DNA from: Bugula neritina
Taxonomy: Eukaryota > Animalia > Bryozoa
NCBI GenBank assembly: GCA_964035545.1
Contig: CAXIUT010000233.1
Coordinates: 1 to 18,628, forward strand
DNA length: 18,628 bases
Direction: 5' to 3'
Below, piece after piece: positions 1 through 12,368 of the stretch (the stretch's first letter is position 1; the number at the start of each line of letters is the position of its first letter). The notes under the pieces were generated by a model. It was not told where the DNA came from, ran no database searches, and was given only the letters and a program-made list of their open reading frames with translations. The translations under genes and the position numbers were made by a program.

Positions 1-94
1 CCCAACCCCAACCCCAACCCCAACCCCAACCCCAACCCCAACCCCAACCCCAACCCCAACCCCAACCCCAACCCCAACCCCAACCCCAACCCCA
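1..94 (+). repeat. Left telomere, (CCCCAA)n
   Basis: Perfect C4A2 hexamer array at the very start of the window, matching the Tetrahymena-type ciliate telomere repeat in 5'-end orientation. Confidence 0.98.
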
Positions 95-369
95 TATTTT
101 TAATTATAAATATTTAAATAAAATATATTTGATTAATTTATCAATGATTTCTTATAAAAAATAATCATATCAAAAGAGGCATAATTATAAAGAGTTTAAC
201 AAAATATTTCGATAATTTTTTACTAAAAAACTAACTTTAAAAGGTTATCTTTTCGATTTAAACATAAAGTAGTTGTTAAATTAACAATATATATTTATAT
301 TTATATTTGTAGATTGAATATTTATTGATTTTTGTGGCTCCGATTATTATAATTCACCAAAAATAAACT

Positions 370-2490
370 ATGAAAAACATCAACAATAAGCAGAGAGAAA
401 CAAAATAAAAAAGAAACAAAAAGAAAGAATAAAATATTGAATCATAATAACTAGAAGATTGTTCTAGATAGCTTGAAAAAGTTGACAAAGTTAAAAGATT
501 AAACTAAAAAAAGTTGATCAAATTTGAATAAAATATTGATAGATGTTACTCATTCATCATTAAAAATAAAATAGATTAAGCAATTCCTATTCTCAAATAG
601 ATAATTCTATAAAATCAATTTAATGAACATCATCCATTCAAAGCAGTTGGTAATTTTTAAAATTGGAATGGATATCATCCCAATGGTCCTTTAGAATGGT
701 TTTCTAAACCAAAACTCAACTAATTAATCAGTCGGAACCCTTTTGATCTTCTAAGCATTTGCTTTATGATTCATTAAGATTAAAAGAAAACGAATAATTT
801 TAATTCATACAGAAGTATTTATCAAGAATTTTAATCAAATTTACCTTAAATGTATTAAATATATGTTGGCTAAGGTAATCTTCTCTATAATAATGAACAA
901 TTTTATTAAGCAGAAAGAAAATATATGAAAGCTTTAGAGTTAAAACCTCATTAAAGAATATACTAATATATCGGTTGGATAAAAGGTTATTAACTAGATG
1001 TAGATGACTAGGCCAGAAAATATTGTGATAAATGTCTATAGATAAACAAATAAAATATGGGAGCTTTATTTATCAAGGCTTTATGCCAAGAAGATTCATA
1101 AGTCTGTAAATAGATGTTAAATTCTTTAATAGAAAAATATCCGAACTATTATCGAGTGTATCTATAGATAGGGAAATTTAAATAGAATAGTGATTAAAAA
1201 CTAGAATACATTAATAAAACATTATCAATTGATTCTAAATATCCATTAGCTCATGTGAGAAAAGCCTTAGCTGAGAGAAGTATAGATATTAATCAATCTA
1301 GAGAAACAATTAATAATTTATTAACAATACATCCTTCTTATTATTTTGCTTATTGGGTTTTAGGATTTATTTAAAATTAGCAAGGAAATCATTATCAAGC
1401 CAAAAATTATTATAAAAAATCTTTAGAAATGAACCCTTTTAGCCTTGATTCTCTCAAAGATTTAGCTATATTATCAAGACTTCAAAACAACTACGAAGAT
1501 TGTGTTACATACTATTAATAATACATCGCTTTAAACCCATATGATTATGATGTTTTTAACTATCTCGGTCTTGCTTATGACTAACTCGATAGGAAAGAAT
1601 AAGCTGTAATTAGTTATAAAAAGGCAATATAAATAAAACCATAATTCTTTGAAAGTTTATCAAATTTAGGTCTTTCATATCAACAAGATTAAAACTATTA
1701 AGATGCAATATCTTACTATAAAAAAGCTTTCAATGTAAAACCTGATAATGGAGGTATTTGTTATGGAATAGCCATCTGTTATGAGGGTCTTAGTGACTTC
1801 AAATAGGCGCATATATGGGCAAAAAAATCTATTGATAATGGAGGTGATGATGAATCTTAAGTTTATGAATTTTTAGGAGATCTACACTTCAAATAAAATA
1901 AATATTATTAATCTTTATATTGGTATTTAAGACATTCTTCTGTAACTAAAAACTTCAATACAGAATATATCAAAACTAATTTAATAGATAAAATACCAAA
2001 ATAAACAACTTTCGAAATAGTATAAAAATTAACTGAAGACACAGATAAATAAAATAAAGATAATATTTATTCATTTTTAGAACTAGGAAAAATATATATC
2101 TAGCTAGAATAATATTAAAGAGCTATCCCTTGTTATCAAATCGTTAGAAAATTGACTTCTGATGGAATCGTTTCATCTAGAATAAGAATGGAACTTAAAA
2201 AAGCTTTTGGAGATAATCATAAAGGAGTCTACTGTTTCATTGATAAACTTAAACTTAATAAACTTAAAAAATAATATTAAAAAATATTTTTATAATTATA
2301 TCAAGAAAAAATGATTGTTTAAGAAGAAGAAAGAAAAGAACAAATATAAAAAATAGAAGGAGAAGAATAGGAAGAAGAGCAAGAAGAGGAAGAATAGGTC
2401 GAAGATGAAGAAGAGGAAGAGTAGATAGAAGAGGAAGAAGAGGAATAATAGATATAATAGGTAGAAGAGGAAGAAGATGAAGATAGATGA
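370..2490 (+). CDS. TPR-repeat protein with Glu-rich acidic C-terminal tail (~706 aa, intronless)
   Basis: Open from ATG370 to TGA2488-2490 with TAR=Glu. Multiple TPR-like units, e.g. AYWVLGFIENEQGNHYQAKNYYKKSLEMNP, FNYLGLAYDELDRKEEAVISYKKAIEIKP and SLSNLGLSYQQDENYEDAISYYKKAFNVKP. The tail at 2320-2487 is an E/D run in which TAA/TAG alternate with GAA/GAG. Confidence 0.9.
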
Positions 2491-2560
2491 TCTATTGTAT
2501 TGTTTGAAATTAGAATAATATCGATAGCACAAATATCAAATATTAAAATAAAGGCATTTA

Positions 2561-4791
2561 TCATTATTATTTCTATTCACATTCCGACTCTTCTTAACTT
2601 TCAACTATATCTTGCAACTTATTCGGTTGAAGCATTTCGCTGAGATCTGCTTATTCTCGACTACTAAAGACCAAAGAAAACTTATTAGTCTCAAAGAAAT
2701 CTTCAGGTAATCCCTTATGTTTAGGATAATCTTTAGGAGGAGGAAAAAGTGGATCAACTGCTAATCTAAATGAATTTTAAAGCATTGAAGGTATCAATCT
2801 GGCAAGCAGAGGTGAACCTAGTTCAAGACAAGGATTAGTATTTACCTAAATGAGCCAGGTATTGAACTGTTAATCTATCATATAGTCTAATCCAAAAATT
2901 TAAAATGAAAATTACCTATGTTTGGAATCGATGACAAGGTGGGTGGCTCTGATAGCATCAGTTGCTAATTGCTTTATAAATATAAAAGTACAACCATCCT
3001 AGGATAACATTATTAATAGAAGTCAAATTATGGTTTTGTGGTTCGGACATACTTCTGGAAATCACCAAAAGATAATTTATTACCATTTTAGTGTTTTCCA
3101 TAATTTTATGAATGTTTTTGTATGGCATCATTAGTCAAATGAATCATTCTATTTTTAAGATTTTTTGTTGTAAATTATTTAGAAGCTGTCCTAATGTAAC
3201 CTTCCTCATACCAATAACACCTTAAATTGCCATTCACTACTGTAGTCAAGATAAAACATCTAATATCAAACTTTCTTTTGTTATAAAGAAAAGGCATAAG
3301 ATATTTTTGGATAATATGAGAACGAGGTTTACCATTAGCTCTTGTATTTTTATTCCTGACAATTTATCTTACTTCTTCAATTGAATCAACAACTACAATT
3401 CCATTTCCTTGATTCGAATTTTATCCAGGTTTGATAATCCATAGTTCCTTGCGATTTTGATTTTTTATGAAACTGTTCCATTACTAATCGCCTTCTTTTT
3501 GAACATGGTAAGTCTAAGGTATATGATCGAATGGTTTTTGCCCAGTTACTTGATAATAACTCTTCATATTGTAGTATAAAGCCTTTTTATTGCTAAGATT
3601 CCAATGGAATTAAAGATGATTATGCATTTTAATTTTCAAAGATTCAACTATTCTAACATCTGTCGGGTAGAGAAGTTCAGCTGATAATGGAGATTTTGTT
3701 AAAACTTATTTTTATGATGAAGTTAGTACTCTATGAAATCCGATATTGAGAAAATCTTTCATCTTTTCATGAAGATTGCTTTATACATTACCAAAAATAT
3801 ACATTCTTGATTTAACTCCTTATTTCCATTCTAAAGAAGAAGGTGGAGGGCCTTGTTTGAGGCTATCTAAAAACTTATGACTTTTCGATTGAGTCCAAAA
3901 TAGGTTAGCGTCTGATTAATCTTGACAAAGAGTCCACCAAGGTCTATTTTTTACAACATTTTTAACCAAAATACTATTATTACCTTTTCCTACAAAAGCT
4001 TTATAAGTTGGTCCTGTTTCTTTTTAAGCTATCACACCATCAATTACACTAATAAATAGGCACCATTAATAATAATTAGGAGATTGTTTAGGTTTTTAAA
4101 ATTTCAATAGAATTAATGATTTCTTTTTTTAAGTAGAAACAGGATTATTTTTTTTTGATTTAGTTCTAATTTATACTTTTTGATTTGATGTGCTTTTACT
4201 ATTAGTTGATATTTTTCTTTTCTTAGGCTTCAACTATATTGCTACACTATCAGTTTCAATATCGTTTTTTATCTTGTCCTAGTGTTTTAATGTCATTGGC
4301 CTTTCTATTTTATCTGACATCAGAGTATTATTAACTTATTTACTTGACATTCTAGAAGTACTCCTAACTGTAGGTTTAACTCCAACGATATTTAGAAAAT
4401 TTATCCCACCTTCTTTACTTAGCTTATCAGAACTTCTTCTCTCATTCTGCTTTCTAAAGGGATTATTATGAATGCCTTTTCCTGACTAATAATCAGCTTA
4501 ATTTTCTTTTCTATCAAATACATCGTTGGGTACTTCGAAATTTTATGATACCTTTTTACCTATTTGAGGCAATTTAAAAACAGTTTTACTTTTATCTTCT
4601 TCATCCTGGCCTTAACTATAGTTTCCTGTTCGAATAAGTTCCGTTTTTGGGAATACTTGTTCCTGCATAGGGGATGAAAAAGGATCATTACTAGATAAAG
4701 GACTACTTTTTGGTATTTTTAGTTGTCTTCGAGGTGGTTTAGATGTCTAAGAATCTGATTGAGTATTTGAACCGAGTCGAATGGTTATCAT
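2561..4791 (-). CDS. TTLL: Tubulin-tyrosine-ligase-like (TTLL) ATP-grasp enzyme, probably tubulin glycylase type (~736 aa; one intron at 2972-2991)
   Basis: TTL-domain motifs WIIKPGENSNQGNGI, IIQKYL, RKFDIRCF, HLTNDAIQK, FEIFGLDYMID and WLIEVNTNPCL, after a long low-complexity N-terminus. The frame is restored by removing one GT..AG unit. The subfamily assignment is inference. Confidence 0.93.
2972..2991 (-). other. 20-nt spliceosomal intron in TTLL (GTACTTTTATATTTATAAAG)
   Basis: Removal joins YPRMV|QLATDAIRA and restores the TTL reading frame. An alternative 23-nt GTT donor would also be in frame. Confidence 0.82.
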
Positions 4792-4866
4792 CTATATTTT
4801 TTCGAAATATAATTATTAGATAGTAACTATAAAGAAGTAAAGATAGTTATAATTCACATATCAATA

Positions 4867-6744
4867 TCAAACAGAAACAGCTACTTCCATCTTCTTTAAT
4901 TTTTATATTATAGCTTTGCTTTTTCTCTCAATTATTTTGGTTTGACTGAGGACGATTGATCTCAATAGTGGTAAATAAGGTTTATGATCAATAATTAGAC
5001 TTAAACTATGTTCTGTCAGTTGATTTTGAGATAAATTTAAACTTTGTATATGTCTAAGAGAAGGCAGTATTTTTGCTATTCCATCATCTGTCAACTTATT
5101 TCGTATTAATTTCAATGTTTTTACCTTTGTATTATCTTTCATTAGCTCTATTATTTGAATTATCATTGTATCTCCTAATTCAGCATTTGTCAAATCAACT
5201 GTCTCAAGACTATCATGCATTATCCCATCGATAACTTTCTCATATTTCTCTGGTACTTTTAATGCTTTTACCTTTCTTTTTAAGTTGGGAGTATGAGATA
5301 CTGTACTTTATTTCATTATAAATTTTTATTTTGCAACTGGAACTGGAACTTTTCTCTTGATCAATGGTCTATTAGTATGCTATTTTGGCTGTTCTGTTCT
5401 GACACTGATAAAGCTATTATCTAGAATTTTAGATCCAACAGTTGAATTAACAAAAGAATGATCAAATTAACAAGCATCTAATAAACTTTATTCACTTTAT
5501 TGTCTTTTTAGGTTAGGAGATCTTTTTATTTCTTAAAATTAACAATTTGCTAACGTTTGCTTGTTTTCTTTTAATTCAAGTTTTTTCTTGTCTTCTTTAT
5601 TCTTGATAATTGAACATAAATTAAGTAAACTCGCTTGAAAACTAGAATCATTTATTTTAACAGTAAAATCTTCAATAACTTATACAGTCTGCAAATAGCT
5701 TTATTCTTGCATTTTTTGTAACTTATTCAAAAGTTATTTTCCTTAATTAACTATTTATTCTCTCTTTAAATACAAAGATACTGATCCTCCACTCTTTGTT
5801 TATTAACTTTATTTGATCACTTATAATGTATTTACTTCCCAACAGTCTATTGAAGTATAAATATTTCGATCTAACTCAAGTGATGATTGTAGTCTTTTTT
5901 ATATTTATTTATGAGTTTAATCTAGTTATTTGCAAATATTTTATTCAGTTTTAAGAAGGTCTTCAATCAATTTTTTAAACTTTTCATTAATCTATTTACG
6001 TAGACTTGAAGTTTTTACAACAAGTAGTTAAAGTAAGTCTTTTTAAATAGTTTTTTTCGTTACTTTTTACATGAAGTTAGTTTTTTACTCAAATAAAGTG
6101 ACAATTTGTTGATAACATTTTTTATTTTATCTTTCTATCTACTATATTCCTTTGAATTAATGACTTTTATGCTAACCAAAAAGAGCACACTTTGAACATA
6201 ACCTCTAAAAATCATTCATACATATCACTTAAATCGGTCTCTGATGCAGTAAACATACCTAACTTTCAACTTTTTTTTATTTTTAAGATTATTTTGATTC
6301 TTACAGCTTTTTAACTTCATCAACATTGCCAATATTCTTTTCACTTTCGTCCTCAAACTCTCCTTAATGTCGAGAAGTAGCACGATTTATTTATGAGATC
6401 AACTACTGTGCAACTGAATCTTCTTGACATTACTATTCTTTGTTAATTTTGGACATATCAAAAGATTCTTACCTCATAGATGAACTACTATTGTGACTAG
6501 TGTTTTTCTTGCGAGTTTATATTAATTTCAATAAAGCTAGATTTTTAGGAAGTTATTCAAGAGATGAAGGAATATTCATTTATTTTTGATCATCAGGACA
6601 AGTAAGTGTAGATTTTTATTCTTTAGATTCGATCAGAGTAGTCAAACAAAGATGACAAAAGGTATGTCCACAGCTAAGCAAGCGAGGAGGGTTATTTTAT
6701 CGGTATTATGAGGAACAACGAGGGCAAGTTAGTTATATCTCCAT
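4867..6744 (-). CDS. TRIM-like RING + B-box + coiled-coil protein with C-terminal LRRs (~625 aa)
   Basis: RING CPRC..PRLLSCGHTFCHLC..CPDD; B-box CLLHQRPIEVICMNDFERLCSKCALFGEHKSH; helical middle region; LRRs LKLIRNKLTDDG and LNLSQNQLTE. The 4903-5220 ORF in the track is its C-terminal part and reads through TAA to TGA at 4867-4869. Confidence 0.88.
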
Positions 6745-7067
6745 TTCTTATGGTTTTCTGTTAGTAAATAATAACAATTCTTAGAAACAAAACTTATTCT
6801 TACTTTCTAAAATATGATTACTTTTTGATTAAAGAATTATTTCCTATAATGTACAAGAAATAATAATAATAAATACTTATTCTAAAAAAACATTTAGTTT
6901 TTTATTTCAAAAAATAAATTATTGCTAAATGTTGTCTTAGGTGATTGAATTTATTGAAATGGGGTAACAACTGATTTAAATATGTATTTTTGATATTGAT
7001 AATATTTTAGTATAAAATTCATTATGAACTAGTATTAATTTTGTTTCAAATATTTTTCCATCATTTA

Positions 7068-8231
7068 TCATTAGTCTTATTATATTAATAACTTAATTGC
7101 CTCTTAAAGTTTTCTCTTAGTAACTTCAGGATCAATTACTCTCTTTTATACACTATTAAGCAATTAAACTATCTTTACCTTTCCCTTTGAAAATACTATA
7201 TCTTCAGCAATAGGACATAAAACAATAACAGGTTTATTTTTAGCTATACATCGATCAATTACTCCTTTAACTACTTTCCCTTCCATTGTTTGTCCATCAA
7301 ATTTGCCTTAACCAGTAATCACTAGATCAGCCCATTCTAATAGTTTTTAAAACTAGGTAATCAAAAAGATAAGATCGATTCCTCTCAATAGTTGAGCTTT
7401 TAGAAAAACAAGGCAACCAGCTCCAAGACCTCCAGCAGCTCCACTTCCTTATATCAAATTAGCATCTATTCCATATTTTTACTTAAATAAACGATTTAAA
7501 TTTTATAGTCCTTCATCAAGTTACTAAATCATTTTTTATGTTGCTCCTTTCTGTGGTCCATAAACTGAAGAACATCCATTTTGTCCAGTTAAAATATTCA
7601 TCACATCAGTATAAACATTTATCTTACTATTTATTAATAAAGACTCAATTTTTTTATCTTTCTGCTAAACATTTTTAATTTTTATGAGATTTTAAGCTAT
7701 CGGTTTAACTATTACTCCTTATTTATCATAAAATTAATATCCCAAAGCTGCAGCACATCCAATTCCTCCATCATTAGTAGCTGACCCTCCGATCAAAAGA
7801 TTTATTTTTTAATTTCCTCTTTTCAAACTATTCAAAACAAGCTGCCCTGTTCCGTATGTAGTTGCTTTAAGTGGATTTCTTTATTATTTAGATAGAAGAG
7901 GTAATCCTGAAGCTTTTGCCATTTCAATATATGATTCATTATTTTAACTTTAATAGTAACTTGCTTCTATATTTCTCCATAATGGATCATATACTGGACA
8001 ATTAATCCAACTTCCTTTTAATTTTGTTGAAATAGTTTCTAGCGATCCCTATCCTCCATCAGCTAATGTGATTATTTTAGATTAGCAATGAGTAGGAAGG
8101 TTATTTTTTATTACTGATCCGACTTCTAATGAAGTTAAAGAGAATTTATATTTATCTGGACAGATCAGAACTCGACGAACTGTTTTATCTATAGATGTTA
8201 AATATCGAATGTATGATGTTGTCATATACAT
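7068..8231 (-). CDS. glxK: Class I (GlxK/GarK-family) glycerate kinase (~387 aa, intronless)
   Basis: Family motifs VLICPDKYKFSL, LADGGEGS, IEMAKASGL, RNPLKATTYGTGQL, IGGSATNDGGIG, YGPQKGA, GSGAAGGLG and VITGEGKFDGQT. The start could alternatively be the ATG at 8225. Confidence 0.95.
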
Positions 8232-8386
8232 CTCATAATTAATTATTAGGGAGCTATTTATTTAATTATCTTTTGACCCAAATCAAATCATTAAGATATC
8301 TTTTAGTAAATTAAAACTTCTGAAGAAATCAATAAAAAGCAATATCAGCCACTCTTGCTATCGCAGTCAATATCGAAACCATACCT

Positions 8387-8692
8387 ATGATTACCATAAA
8401 TAAAATAAATAACTTTCAGAAACAGTACTATTAGAAAATATTGTTTTTAGCTTTCCTCGAGGCATATGATAATCACCTATGTTATTGCTTTAGAAGAGGT
8501 ATATTATGTCTATCTAACAAAAAAGGATCGAGATAAAGAAAGACAAGAATATCCGATTTTGAGGAGGCTTTCTTTTTAGGTATTTTTTCTACCAAGTCAC
8601 TAAAGATGTTCTAGAAAGATCAAGAGGGAAGTAATCTCGATGAGAAGGAGAAGAAGGCCTTGGAGAAAGGCTAATAGCATAAGATAAAATGA
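8387..8692 (+). CDS. Possible small hypothetical protein (~101 aa)
   Basis: Open frame with a charged C-terminus (DEKEKKALEKGEEHKIK) that ends in TGA-T like all confident genes. No recognisable domain, and other frames here are also open. Confidence 0.25.
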
Positions 8693-8943
8693 TAATTTAT
8701 AGTTCTTTATTGTTATTCATTTAGATACTATCATGGATACCATCAAAACATTTTTCTTATCTTTTTAATTTATAATTTTTCATAAAACATCCTTTTTTTT
8801 GTATAAATGTTTTATCTAACTAAGTTTAAAAGTCAATAAACAAAAGATAAAGATTCCCACTCTTTATCTACTGGTTATGAAATGGCATTTTTTAATATTC
8901 TGCACTTTTTATTTATTATAATCATTTTTTTGCCGAGTAAACT

Positions 8944-9576
8944 ATGGAACAGGAACCACGAAAATAAGTAAAAATCTAAGAATCCGAGAAAGGAAAAGAG
9001 GAAGTCAAAGTAAAGAGTAGGCGCCTCCTAAAGGTCCTCAAGGAGCAGTCCAGCCACTATCGCTTTTATGGCTGGGACCTTTAGGAGAACTACTCCTACA
9101 TAACGTACCTGACCAATTTCAGGTACATCTTCGACTCTAGGTAGGAGAGGAAGAGGGTCAAGGTGTTCAGCCATCTGGCGCGGCTGATTAAGAGCAGGAG
9201 TGCTCATCAAATCAAGAGCCACCACCAGAAGATGATGCTGAGACACCATAGTGTCGATGGGATCATCGACTTCCTGAGGGCCAAGATAGCCCAGGAAGTC
9301 GATGCCCATCCACACTATGCCTCCTCCATCTAGAGGATCAATCGGGAGTCTGAGGTCTTCTATCTGGAGACCCTCCGACTCCCTGATTTTTCCTCGAGGC
9401 GGCCCTCTCCCCTACCAATGGAGATGAAAGAGGAGGGCAGCCAGGAGGAGGACAACAATGAGGACTCGCCGTCCTCAATAAAAATAAAGGAGGAGGAGGC
9501 GAGTCCTCAGATTGAGAGGTTCCCCTGCCTGAAGGAAGAGGAAAGTGGAGATGCCATATGGCATAAAAAAAATTGA
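8944..9576 (+). CDS. Single-repeat MYB/SANT-like transcription factor, SHAQKYF-like class (~210 aa)
   Basis: GWDLEENYSY...KVFSHLARLIKSRSAHQIKSHHQKM matches the W..EE...R...Q..SHAQK pattern. Acidic, Ser/Pro-rich C-terminus; clean ATG to TGA. Confidence 0.82.
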
Positions 9577-10208
9577 TCGTTTATGTCTTTATTTCATTAA
9601 TTTTTTTTTGTTTATTTGATTTTTGGCTTCAAGTTGTCCTTGAATGCCTGTTTATTAAAAAAAAAAAAGTCAATTCAAATAATAATATCAATAAATCAGA
9701 AAATTTTTAATTTTGAGGCTAATTCATTGAATTTTCAATGAAATGACCTTAGCCATTCTACTTATAAACAAAAAATATAATTTTGGTTGAGAAATATCAT
9801 TGATTTTGACAAACATTCAATATTTATGATTTTTTTGTTTAATGATAACTAAGCTTGAGATTCTAAGACTGACTTAGTCTGATAGATTCAAGTTAATATT
9901 CAATACTTATTAATAGTTTTATTCTATTCTTTAAGAAATTTAAAAATTATTTTTATTCATGGTAGCTAATAAAACATTATCGATATCATACTTAATAATT
10001 AAGAACAGAAAACTCTCTGATTAATATTATTCAATACTTATAAAAAATTAACTAAACTATCATCGAAATCTAAATAACTCAAACTGATGACTACTTCGAC
10101 CATGAAGTTTGTTAATATTGATAAAAGTGATTTATTAATAGTTAGAAAAATAGCACTTGATAACATGTTAAAAAGAGAGACAATTATATAATCATAGCAA
10201 AATAAATC

Positions 10209-12053
10209 ATGGAAGAAAGCAGTCTTCTCAATAAACCTAAAAAGTATACTTAAATCTACCAATACTACAAAAGTAAAGCTCTCGAGTATCGAGCATATTC
10301 TCATGAGCAGATCTCTGAATTTACATCCTATAGTATGACCTCGTCAAAACCATTAGCTACAAAAGTCGTACCTCTCAGTGCTCTAAAAAGAATAAAAATA
10401 AAGGACCTTATTCTTGAAAAAACTCATAAAGGACACTATTTGGAGCTTAAATTTATCTATCCTTGTTTCAAGTTATCAGCTATCAGTGGACTATGCTAAG
10501 ACCATACAGGACAAGAATGTTTATAAATAAGTATTTACAACTTTGACTTGAAAGGTGCACACTATGATAAATTCTTTCCTGTTAACTCGAAAATCTACCT
10601 AAAAGAACCTTTTTATAAAACATCAGCTACAGGAACTAAAATATTGAGAGTAGATAATCCAAAAGATATTGTATTTTAAAGTGAATCATCAACTAAACCG
10701 ATCTAAAATGCTTCTACACTAGTTTAACCTAAAACATAAGCAAAATAGAAAGATTTAGATGAATAAATGCGTTTAGCTGGTATTGAAAAAATGAATAAGA
10801 AAGAATTTGTCGATGCCTATCTTCTATATAGTGACGCAATAAATAGAACAAATAAAAATGACTACAAAGTTAAGTTTTTGTTAAATAAAGCCATTACTTG
10901 TTATAAACTTAATTTAATAAAATAATATGGACAAATCATCGAGTAAGTTTTAAAAATATAAGCAAATAATAAAAAAGCAATCTATCATAAAGCTAAATAT
11001 CTGATACTTAGTTAAAAATATACTTAGATGTTTGATTTCATCAAGAAAAATAAATAGTTTATTGATAATCCGACTTAAAAAGAAATAATTAAATTTTTAT
11101 AGATTTAAAAAGGATTCAAAGAAAATAAAATCAACTGGTATCGAGTATTTAAGTATCATTAAACTGGTCAATACTTTTCAAAAGATATTATGATAGGGAA
11201 GAGTCCTTATGGATTGGGAATAATAGCTAAAAGAAAAATAAATCCTGGAGAAATACTGATAGTTGAGAGACCTATTCTTGGTATAGAAGATGATAGAAAA
11301 AATCATTTTTAAGGAATTAAAATGAATTCAAAATAAATAGATAATTCAATGAAGATGGATATGAAGCAACTCTATAATTCTTCTTAATAATTCAAATAAA
11401 AATTATAAAAACTATCATCAAGTATTACTCTAACATTTTTACCATAAATATCAAGAAAATAAGTAAGTCCTAGTAATTATCAAGTGATGTAAGATATTTT
11501 AGAATCAAATTGGTTTACTTTAAGTAGTTTTTAATCATCCTTTGGATTAAAAGTTTAACACAGTGACAGTGTAGGTCTTTACTAGAAGATATCTATGTTG
11601 AATCATTGTTGTTAAAATAATTGTTAAAGATTTTGCATTGGCACTACAATGTTTATCTTTTCGATAAGATAAATAAAGTAAGGAAGATAACTCTTTATAA
11701 ATTATAAATTTTAATATGATTACTTTAAGAGAACTTCCTCTTTAAAACATTGGCATATTTAATGTAAATGCGTCATGTGCTAAGAACAACTTTATGAAAT
11801 ATAGCACGGAAAGAAGAAACCAGACGGTAGATCAAAATAAATGGAAAAGATAAGAATGATGAATAGATTTAAGACTTTCGATTTTACAGAAATTAAAAAA
11901 CTAACAACTTTCTATGATATATTTTCTATTTCTATGATGCTAGTAGTTGGAAGAGATATGCAGGAAGCAGCTAAAATGTTAAGAAAAATATTTCCTATGA
12001 AATAAATTGAAAGTCTTTAGTTAATGCAGTCTTTTGCCAGCCAAATGAATTGA
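10209..12053 (+). CDS. TPR + SET-domain lysine methyltransferase with post-SET cysteine cluster (~614 aa, intronless)
   Basis: SET motifs GLGIIAKRKINPGEILIVERP, SMLNHCCENNC and GRELFINY; post-SET CKCVMC; central TPRs (LLNKAITCYKL, NKKAIYHKAK); N-terminal domain with LEKTHKGHYL...KEPFYK...LRVDNPKDI. Confidence 0.9.
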
Positions 12054-12368
12054 TTCTTCAGATAAATTTATTTTATAAAAGACATAATTATTATTTAAAT
12101 TATTCAGAAACTAATTTTAATGAATAAAAAATCATTATGATTAATATCATCTTAGAAAAATATAATAATTCTTTGGAAAAAAGTTGATTAGATAATATTG
12201 AAACTTTCTATATTGAAATAAATCAAATCTTTAGAAAAGTTCAATATTTTTTGAAGTTTTTATTATCTTTTTTTATTTATTACTATCTTTCTTGATTATA
12301 ATGAATAAGCTATCAATGGTAAAGGTCTTTGATATTGAGCTTATCCTCAATGTTTTATATTTATTATT

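Noticed and set aside
2296-2564. Track ORFs 2296-2532 and 2319-2564 (poly-Phe/Leu and poly-Ser)
   Set aside because: They are antisense shadows of the Glu-rich tail of the plus-strand TPR gene.
2886-2915. Apparent second TTLL intron (GTAATTTTCATTTTAAATTTTTGGATTAG)
   Set aside because: It is coding: it reads R-E-F-S-F-E-I-F-G-L-D, the conserved TTL motif.
9028-9315. Track ORF of 95 aa on the minus strand
   Set aside because: It is antisense to the MYB gene and open only because the region is GC-rich.
9959-10087. Upstream ATG as the start of the SET gene
   Set aside because: That frame closes at TGA 10085-10087, and the SET frame has an upstream TGA at 10158-10160, fixing the start at 10209.
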